Of a DNA stretch of 38,156 nucleotides, positions 32,099 through 38,156 are shown piece by piece; position 1 is the stretch's first letter; each line of letters opens with the position of its first letter. The translations under genes were made by a program, and so were the position numbers. The notes under the pieces are model-generated. The model made no database searches and was not told the origin of the DNA. It worked only from the letters and a program-made list of their open reading frames with translations. Source of the DNA: Candidatus Nanohalarchaeota archaeon (GTDB lineage: Archaea > EX4484-52 > B79-G9); contig QMVA01000002.1 in assembly GCA_003660865.1 (NCBI GenBank), positions 1 to 38,156 on the forward strand. The letters run 5' to 3'.

Positions 32099-34834
32099 TT
32101 ATTGTGGCGGGGTGATTGATAGTCCGCTTTGTTCTATGAAGGCAAGGATTATGCCCATAAATGCCATGCCTATGAGCGTGATTATTATTGCGAGGATGAC
32201 TATAATTAGGAGTATTATTAGAATGAAGCCTATTATTATTTTCAGGGCGCTTATGTTGTGGACGGCTTTGTAGCCGATGACTGATATGTATATCTGGTAG
32301 AGGATTGCAAGTATTCCTGCATAGGGAATCCATGCGAAGATACTTGCTGCTGATGAGTATGCCATGACTCTTACTGTGGATTCGTATTTGCCTTGTGCGC
32401 CTAGTATTTTCAGGAATATGTGGAGGATAAGTGCTGAGACGAAAAGAATAGGTGTGCAAATTATTAGTGTGCTTAGTATTGCTATTAGTGAGATTAACAA
32501 GTTGATTGAGGAGAGGTCGGTTGGTGTGAAGACGAGGACCATGATTGCTGTCATGATCATGTAAAAGATTAATGGTTCTTTGTATCCGCCGGTTTTTGGC
32601 ATTATTGAGAAGAATTTTTTTGGGTTCAGGATGATTAGTTTTATTTTGTTTAGGAATTTCATATCTTGGAATTCGAAGGCGTCGATGGGTTCTTCTGTTT
32701 CAGTGTCTGCGGCGGGTTTTGTTTCTGCCTCAACGCTGCGTTTTATGTCTTCCAGGCTTTCTTCTTTCTTTTTGCGGCGGGCTTTGTATGCTATTAGTGC
32801 TACTGGGGTCAGTCCTATCAGTAATAGGATTATTAGTGGGCTGGATATTATGGATTTAAGTTTTTCGATGGTCTCGTTTTTTTCTTTTTCTTTGGGTTCT
32901 TCTTCTTTGGGTTCATTTTCTGTTTGTAATTCTGAGATTAGTTGTGTATCGTCGTAGGTGGCTAGTTCGTTTGTTCTTGTGTCGTATTTTTCTTGTGTTA
33001 TCAGGTTGTCTTCAAGATCGTCTTTTAGCCATGCTCTTTTTTCACCTACTGTTTTTGCGGGGTCCATGCATGCGTTCCTGTGGCATATTGAGTGGTTGCA
33101 GTGGCAGTCTTCTTTGCATGTGCCGCAGTTTTCGTCAGGGTCGCATGCGCCGTTTCCACAGCTTGTGATTTCGAAGGTGCTTGCAAGGTTGAACGGGCCT
33201 TCACCGACTATGTTTTGTCCTGTTACTTCTATTGTCCAGATGCCGGGTTCAGGGTCTTTTACTGCGCATGTGTATGATTCTTTTCCTGACGGGATTTTCT
33301 GGCATGTGCCTGTTTTTCCGTCAGGCTTGATGACTTTTGTTATCCTGAATTCGTCGCCGGACTGGAAGGCGGTCATTGTGAGGACTAATGGTGTTTTTGA
33401 TTCAGTTACTTTTATGTAGTATGTCTTTTTTTCGCCCATTAACAGGTCAGCGTTTAGTTGTGCCTGCGTCGGGACGGGTGTGATATTATAGTTTGATTTT
33501 GTGGTTACTTCTGATTCTTTCCATATTGATTTTACCTGTACTATCCAGCGCCCTTCAGCTGTTTCGCCGGGTGTTAGGAATGCTTTCTGCGTTACTTTTT
33601 CGTCTGCTTCTGACTGGTCGAATACGGATTTGAGGTTTGTTGAGATGATTGTTATTTCCATGTTTGGTTCAAAGTCGGACCATTTTGAGACTGCTACGAG
33701 GTGGGTTTTGTTTTCTGTGAGGATGTCTGTGTAGTAGAATACTGAGCCTCTGTTTGTTATGTTGCTTTCTTCTTTGAAGTCTTCGGGGATGTATGTTGAG
33801 TGTGTGTTTGCGAGGCGGAATGGTGCGTGGCCTGTTATTGTCTGGCCTTCCACATTTACGAGCCAGATGCCGGGTTCTGGGTCTTTTATTGCGCATCCGT
33901 CGGTGTATGGTGCACATGTTCTTTTTGTGCCGCGTGGGTCGTAGACGCTAAATATTTTTACACTGTCTCCTGCTTCCAGTCTAACTGCTGTCAATGCCAG
34001 GGGTATGGTTGAGTCTTTGATGATTATCGGGTATTCTTTTTTTTCTTTTTCACGGATTATGCCATTGATTATTTCCTGGTCTTCTATGTATTCAAATTTG
34101 TAGTTTGATTGGAAGTTTATGTCTGCGCGGGTGTCGAATGCTCTTAGTTGTGTTATCCATGTGCCTTCTGCGATCATGCCGGGGTTTAGGTAGTATGCCT
34201 GGACGATTTTGTCATCTCCTTTGGATATGTCGCTTTTTGTCTTTACGTTTGGGCTGATGATTGTTATTTCCATGTTTGAGTATCTATCTGTCCAGTTTGA
34301 TGAGACTGCAAGGTGTTCTTCGCGTGAGCCGGTTTTGATGTATGTCTTGTAGAATTTTATGTGGTCCTGTAGTATTACTGTTTTTATGAGGTGTTTGCGG
34401 GGCTTGTATATGTCGAAGTTCGCGTTTACGAAGAATTCGCCGGTTTTTGTTATTTGTTCGCCTTTGATGTCGAGCAGCCAGATGCCGAGTGTGGGGTTGT
34501 TTACGTAGCATTTGCTGCTGATGGGGCCTGAGCAACCGTTGGCTGTGTGTTTTTGCCCGATGGGGTCGTAGAGGCCGTTTATGTTGATTTTGTCACTGAG
34601 TGTGTTGGTGATGGCTCCTGATACATTGAGCTTTTTGTCGTGGTCTACGTTTATGAGGAAGTATGTGGTGTCTGTGTCTAATACGCTGTCATGGCTCTGG
34701 CAGAAGACGTCGCTGTCCGGGTCGTTTTCGTTGATAAATTCACATGGGTGGTCGGTTCCTATTTGAGCGTTTGCGTTTGAGAGTAATATTAAGTATGTCA
34801 GTAGTAGTGTTAGTGTGATTAGCTTTTTTTTCAT
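32099..34834 (-). CDS. large secreted repeat protein fused to a C-terminal Yip1-type multi-TM domain (911 aa)
   Basis: Signal peptide MKKKLITLTLLLTYLILLSNANA. Five beta-sandwich modules in A-B-A-B-A order. Cys-rich CGNGACDPDENCGTCKEDCHC module. E/K linker, a TM near aa 664-684, then a Yip1-like 5-TM domain (aa ~725-905). Confidence 0.8.
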   Translation of the reverse strand: MKKKLITLTLLLTYLILLSNANAQIGTDHPCEFINENDPDSDVFCQSHDSVLDTDTTYFLINVDHDKKLNVSGAITNTLSDKININGLYDPIGQKHTANGCSGPISSKCYVNNPTLGIWLLDIKGEQITKTGEFFVNANFDIYKPRKHLIKTVILQDHIKFYKTYIKTGSREEHLAVSSNWTDRYSNMEITIISPNVKTKSDISKGDDKIVQAYYLNPGMIAEGTWITQLRAFDTRADINFQSNYKFEYIEDQEIINGIIREKEKKEYPIIIKDSTIPLALTAVRLEAGDSVKIFSVYDPRGTKRTCAPYTDGCAIKDPEPGIWLVNVEGQTITGHAPFRLANTHSTYIPEDFKEESNITNRGSVFYYTDILTENKTHLVAVSKWSDFEPNMEITIISTNLKSVFDQSEADEKVTQKAFLTPGETAEGRWIVQVKSIWKESEVTTKSNYNITPVPTQAQLNADLLMGEKKTYYIKVTESKTPLVLTMTAFQSGDEFRITKVIKPDGKTGTCQKIPSGKESYTCAVKDPEPGIWTIEVTGQNIVGEGPFNLASTFEITSCGNGACDPDENCGTCKEDCHCNHSICHRNACMDPAKTVGEKRAWLKDDLEDNLITQEKYDTRTNELATYDDTQLISELQTENEPKEEEPKEKEKNETIEKLKSIISSPLIILLLIGLTPVALIAYKARRKKKEESLEDIKRSVEAETKPAADTETEEPIDAFEFQDMKFLNKIKLIILNPKKFFSIMPKTGGYKEPLIFYMIMTAIMVLVFTPTDLSSINLLISLIAILSTLIICTPILFVSALILHIFLKILGAQGKYESTVRVMAYSSAASIFAWIPYAGILAILYQIYISVIGYKAVHNISALKIIIGFILIILLIIVILAIIITLIGMAFMGIILAFIEQSGLSITPPQ
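33170..34672 (-). repeat. intragenic tandem repeats (period ~205 aa / ~620 nt) in the 911-aa protein
   Basis: Near-identical DNA stretches: ccagatgccgggttcagggtcttttactgcgcatg (33236-33270) and ccagatgccgggttctgggtcttttattgcgcatc (33864-33898). A diverged third copy lies near 34478. They encode CA(V/I)KDPEPGIW. Confidence 0.8.
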
Positions 34835-34888
34835 CTTGATTACCTTTGTTGTTTATTATTTGTTTTGAGGTGGTTTATATAGTTTTTG

Positions 34889-35272
34889 TCAGTTGATTTG
34901 CATGTTGAGGATGCGGAATTGTTTTAGTATCTTGTCTTTTTCTGTGTCGTATATTACGAGGTACTCGTTGCTTGTGGATGTGTATTCTATTTTGCATATG
35001 TTTTTGCCGGTGAGGTTGGCGTATATTGTGGGTTGCTTTTCTGTGAGTTGTTCTATGTTGTTTTCTGTTAGGTGTGTTATTTTTGTGCTGTAGGTTTCGT
35101 AAGGTTTGAGTTCGGGGTGGTTTTGGAGGTTTTCGAGGATTTACCGGTCTGTTGTTTGCTGGTTGTGTGTTGTTGTTTCCGGGGTGTCTTTTTCTGGTTG
35201 CTGGTGGTTTGTGGTTATTGCTATGATTATTGCGATTGCTATTGTGCAGATTATTATGTTTTGGGTTTTCAT
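34889..35272 (-). pseudogene. small TM-anchored protein gene interrupted by one in-frame TAA (43 codons + TAA + 83 codons)
   Basis: Hand translation: MKTQNIIICTIAIAIIIAITTNHQQPEKDTPETTTHNQQTTDR*ILENLQNHPELKPYETYSTKITHLTENNIEQLTEKQPTIYANLTGKNICKIEYTSTSNEYLVIYDTEKDKILKQFRILNMQIN*. The TAA is at 35141-35143. The downstream part has no start codon of its own. Confidence 0.55.
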
Positions 35273-35286
35273 TTTTTTCACTTATG

Positions 35287-35946
35287 TTATTTCATGTATT
35301 TTTCTTCCCATGCGTTGAGTTCTTCGTCAGAGAGTTCATCGTCTATTTTTTCTTTGATTTCTTTGTCTTCTGAGTAGTGGTTCCTGTTGATCAGGCCGTA
35401 TGCTATGCCTGTTGCGAAGCCGGCGAGGTGGGCGGCGTGGCCTGTGTTGTCTGCGGGTGCGAAAAAGCCTACAAGGTCGATGAGGATCCACATGCCTGAG
35501 AGGAGTATTAGGGGGAGCGGTGCGCCGAAGTATACTATCATTTTCGGGCGCAGGACTGTGATTGCGCCGAGTATGCCCATGATGGCGCCGGATGCGCCCA
35601 AGGATATTGAGTTTGGGTAGAATATTATGCCTGCGAGGTTTCCTGCTATGCCGGCTGTCAGGTAGAGGCCGAGGAATTTTTTTGAGCCTATTATTTTTTC
35701 TAATAGTATTCCGAAGAGGCCGAGTGCGACCATGTTCTGGAGAAGGTGGTTGAGGTTGAGGACTGCTGCGCCGTCAGGGAGTGTTGTGCTTGTTGAATGG
35801 AGGAACATTGCTGTGACTAGTGTCCATGGGGTTTGCATGATGGTGGATGGGTTCAGGGCGAAGAGGGGGATTATGTATGGGGACATTAGTTCGAGGATGA
35901 AGATTACGATGTTGATTGCAAGAAGTTTCAATGTGTAGTACTTCAT
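35287..35946 (-). CDS. rhomboid family intramembrane serine protease
   Basis: GASGAIMGILGA (GxSG) and HAAHLAGFATGIAYG motifs, 6 TM. Confidence 0.88.
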   Translation of the reverse strand: MKYYTLKLLAINIVIFILELMSPYIIPLFALNPSTIMQTPWTLVTAMFLHSTSTTLPDGAAVLNLNHLLQNMVALGLFGILLEKIIGSKKFLGLYLTAGIAGNLAGIIFYPNSISLGASGAIMGILGAITVLRPKMIVYFGAPLPLILLSGMWILIDLVGFFAPADNTGHAAHLAGFATGIAYGLINRNHYSEDKEIKEKIDDELSDEELNAWEEKYMK

Positions 35947-35984
35947 GGTTTGTTTTTTGGGTTCTGTGGTTTATATTTGTTGGG

Positions 35985-36638
35985 CTAGAAGTCTCCTAGG
36001 CCTTTTTGGGTTTTTGATTTGATGAGGTCTTTTGTGGTCTGCCAGCTTTGTCTTATGTAATCCGGAAGTGTGTCATGTGACTGTATGTACTCTTTTAGGA
36101 AGGTTTTTGTGTTTGGGTCTGAGGGGTAGCCTGAGCCTAGCTTTATGTTGTGTTTTTTTTCTATGAGTCTTATCTGCCTGTCGCGCTCTGTTTTTGCGAT
36201 TATGGATGCGGCGCTTACGGCTGTGTAGTTTAGGTCGGCTTTGAATTCTGCTGTTATTTTTGTTTTTGTGGTTATTTTTGCCTCTAGTTCCTGTGTGAAT
36301 GTTTTGCTGTTTGATGGGAGGTCGATTATTGTTTTTTTTGCGTCTGGTGTCTGATTTATTATCTTTATTATGGCGTTCATTTCTACGTGGTTTAGGGATA
36401 TATTTTTCATGTCGTTGTCGATTTGTTTTGCGCTGATGATTACAACTCTCACATTTAGGGCTATTTTTATGATTTCTTTTTCGAGGATTTCGCGCTTTTT
36501 TGGGCTTAGGAGTTTTGAGTCTGTTATGCCGAGTTCTTTTAGGTGTGGTTCATGTTCTTTTTTTATGTGGACGCCTGAGACTACTAATGGGCCTATTACC
36601 GGTCCCCTGCCTGCCTCGTCTATTCCGAGTGTGTCCAT
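35985..36638 (-). CDS. rnhB: ribonuclease HII
   Basis: GIDEAGRGPVIGPLVVSGV, VSAASIIAK, and the LGSGYPSDP-type C-terminal region. Confidence 0.92.
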   Translation of the reverse strand: MDTLGIDEAGRGPVIGPLVVSGVHIKKEHEPHLKELGITDSKLLSPKKREILEKEIIKIALNVRVVIISAKQIDNDMKNISLNHVEMNAIIKIINQTPDAKKTIIDLPSNSKTFTQELEAKITTKTKITAEFKADLNYTAVSAASIIAKTERDRQIRLIEKKHNIKLGSGYPSDPNTKTFLKEYIQSHDTLPDYIRQSWQTTKDLIKSKTQKGLGDF

Positions 36639-36663
36639 AGGTTCTTTTTTGGGCAGGGTAAGA

Positions 36664-36671
36664 TATATAAA
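36664..36671 (-). promoter_or_regulatory. TATA box (minus strand ACA-TTTATATA) for rnhB
   Basis: Centre lies about 29 nt upstream of the ATG at 36638 with no SD, implying a leaderless mRNA. It shares the ACATTTATA motif also seen at 4113-4121, 23296-23304 and 23507-23515. Confidence 0.45.
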
Positions 36672-36706
36672 TGTTTGTAGTGTTAGGGATTATATCTCTT
36701 TTTTAA

Positions 36707-36813
36707 AGCGAGGTGGAGCAGCCTGGAGTGCTCGTTGGGCTCATATGATGGCATAAGTTTTGTGTGTTGTCTGTGTTACCCAAAGGTCGATGGTTCAAAT
36801 CCATCCCTCGCTA
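36707..36813 (+). tRNA. initiator tRNA-Met(CAU) with a 32-nt intron at 37/38
   Basis: AGCGAGG-TG-GAGC-AGCCTGGAGT-GCTC-G-TTGGG-CTCATA[32 nt, 36746-36777]A-CCCAA-AGGTC-GATGG-TTCAAAT-CCATC-CCTCGCT-A. The A1:U72 pair and three G:C pairs at the bottom of the anticodon stem are archaeal initiator hallmarks. No encoded CCA. Confidence 0.85.
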
Positions 36814-36851
36814 TTCTAAATTATATAAAGGTGGATGGGTAATTAGTGTGT

Positions 36852-37055
36852 ATGAAAGGGTCGTTGTTCAGTTTTAATGTTTTTGTGGCTGTGTTAGTTC
36901 TTTTACCGTCGGTTGTGCTTTTGTATCACTTTAGTGCTGAGATTAATGAGGTCTGTGATATGAGTAGTAATGTTGTGTTGTATACTATTGTTCTTAGTTG
37001 TGTTGCCCTGCTTTCTTTGATGACTATTCTTAAGGAACTTTTGAGTTTTGAGTGA
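36852..37055 (+). CDS. hypothetical small 2-TM protein (67 aa)
   Basis: The TATA TTATATAA (36821-36828) is centred 27-28 nt upstream of the ATG (leaderless geometry). Two hydrophobic segments. No similarity recognised, and the G/T richness alone could create such an ORF. Confidence 0.4.
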   Translation: MKGSLFSFNVFVAVLVLLPSVVLLYHFSAEINEVCDMSSNVVLYTIVLSCVALLSLMTILKELLSFE

Positions 37056-37062
37056 GTTTAAG

Positions 37063-37070
37063 TTATATTA
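37063..37070 (+). promoter_or_regulatory. TATA box (TTATATTA) for orc1/cdc6
   Basis: Centre lies about 27 nt upstream of the ATG at 37094, implying a leaderless mRNA. Confidence 0.45.
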
Positions 37071-37093
37071 ATTTATGCTCTTAATTAAAGGTT

Positions 37094-38119
37094 ATGTCTG
37101 ATTTGTTTGATGTTGAGTCTTCTGTTATTAGGAGTGAGGAGCCGCTTACTGATGTGTTTGCGCCTACACGGCTTCTTCACAGGGAAGGGCAGAGGGATTA
37201 TCTTGCGTCGTGTATGAAGCCGGTGGTTGTCGGGAGGATGCCGAGGAATGTGTTTTTGTTTGGACCTACTGGTGTGGGTAAGACTTCTCTTGTTCTTTGG
37301 ATGTTTGATGAACTTTTGAGCTATACTGATAACGTGCGGACGTGCTATGTCAATTGCTGGAAGAGCGGGTCTACTCATGCTGTTCTTTCGAAGATTGTGA
37401 GTGATCTTAGGATTTTTTCTAACCCGCGCAGGCAGACTAAGGAGCTGCTTGAGGATATTGAGGGGAGTCTTAAGAAGAGTGGCAAGAAGCTGATTGTTGC
37501 TTTGGATGAGGTTGACAGGCTTGAGAGTTATGATGTGCTTTATGATCTTTGCCGGAGCGGGTGCGGGGTTGTGTGTATATCGAATGATGAGCATGCGCTT
37601 GCTAATGTTGATGTGAGGATTAAGAGTTCGCTTTCTTTGGAGTGGCTTGAGTTTAAGGAGTATTCTGCTGATGAGATGTATGATATTCTTTCTGACAGGG
37701 CGAATCTTGCGTTTGCGCCGGGGGCGATAAGTGAGACTGTGCTTAGGATTGCGGCAGTGCAGGCGGGCGGAGATGCGCGGGTGGGGCTTGAGATACTTCG
37801 CAAGGCTGCGCTTTTCTCGGATGATGCGGGGGTTTCTGTGATTGGGAAGGAGCAGGTGATTAGGGCGCATAAGGATGCGGTTTCTGTTAAGGTGCGACAG
37901 ATTGTTGAGTCTTTAGGGGAGTATCAGAGGATGCTTTTTTTGATTGTTGAGAAGGCGAGGACTGTGAAGTCGTCTGAGTTGTGGAGTGCTTTTTCTGAAA
38001 AGACGGGGGGCAAGGTGTCTGAGAGGAGTTATAGGAATTATATGGATAAGCTTGTTACACTGAAGCTTGTTCAGGCTAGCGGGGATGTCCGGTGGAGAGA
38101 GTATAGTACAATATTATAA
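37094..38119 (+). CDS. cdc6: Orc1/Cdc6 replication initiator (341 aa, compact)
   Basis: HREGQRDYL, Walker A FGPTGVGKTS, Walker B LIVALDEVD, GDARVGLEILRKA (sensor 2 region), and a C-terminal winged helix. Confidence 0.9.
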   Translation: MSDLFDVESSVIRSEEPLTDVFAPTRLLHREGQRDYLASCMKPVVVGRMPRNVFLFGPTGVGKTSLVLWMFDELLSYTDNVRTCYVNCWKSGSTHAVLSKIVSDLRIFSNPRRQTKELLEDIEGSLKKSGKKLIVALDEVDRLESYDVLYDLCRSGCGVVCISNDEHALANVDVRIKSSLSLEWLEFKEYSADEMYDILSDRANLAFAPGAISETVLRIAAVQAGGDARVGLEILRKAALFSDDAGVSVIGKEQVIRAHKDAVSVKVRQIVESLGEYQRMLFLIVEKARTVKSSELWSAFSEKTGGKVSERSYRNYMDKLVTLKLVQASGDVRWREYSTIL

Positions 38120-38156
38120 ATGGTTGAGTTACAGCCTTGTAAAGGGCTGGTGATTA

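Noticed and set aside
36639-37093. A replication origin immediately upstream of orc1/cdc6.
   Set aside because: There is no change of strand-bias polarity across the region, and I could find no repeated ORB-like elements. The AT-rich elements there fit TATA boxes spaced about 27 nt from three start codons. It is kept only as an open question in the findings.
37085-37870. A 261-aa minus-strand ORF antisense to orc1/cdc6, and a 202-aa ORF (31333-31941) antisense to rfcS.
   Set aside because: These are shadow ORFs of clearly identified plus-strand genes, with R/K/P/H/N low-complexity translations.
1-38156. CRISPR arrays, rRNA genes, prophage or classical defence-system genes.
   Set aside because: No regularly spaced 25-40-nt direct repeats were seen. 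No 16S/23S/5S-like conserved segments were found. No restriction-modification, Cas, Argonaute-type or phage structural motifs appear in any translated ORF.

Overview
This is an archaeal chromosomal window, about 4/5 coded on the minus strand. It carries the transcription/translation core in two blocks. One is rpoH, split rpoB (B''+B'), a single fused rpoA (A'+A''), L30e, NusA, S12 and S7 (14.0-23.1 kb). The other is EF-2, EF-1alpha and S10 (2.3-6.3 kb). About 7.5 kb of accessory genes separates the blocks: a MATE transporter, a ParB/Srx-fold protein, MOSC, a macro domain, a contiguous COG1900 / NIL-ferredoxin / COG2122(UPF0280) sulfur-incorporation cluster, a membrane-protein+HicB pair and an orphan gene. 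The window also holds three tRNAs: Lys-CUU with two introns, Thr-GGU, and an intron-containing initiator Met. Further genes are L40e, a UbiA prenyltransferase, Fap7-type kinase, UbiB/ABC1 kinase, RFC small subunit, RNase HII, Orc1/Cdc6, a rhomboid protease and two large secreted/surface proteins. No rRNA or CRISPR array was seen. The most unusual signal is not a gene. The plus strand is strongly T+G-rich whichever strand is coding, so third codon positions are almost all G/T in plus-strand genes and A/C in minus-strand genes. Short patches that escape this bias mark probable recent acquisitions: an IS-like fragment at the left edge, an orphan gene at 6.6-7.2 kb, the 5' end of the ParB/Srx gene, and a MITE-like element next to tRNA-Lys. 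All functional calls come from reading the translated ORFs and motifs by eye; no database search was run.
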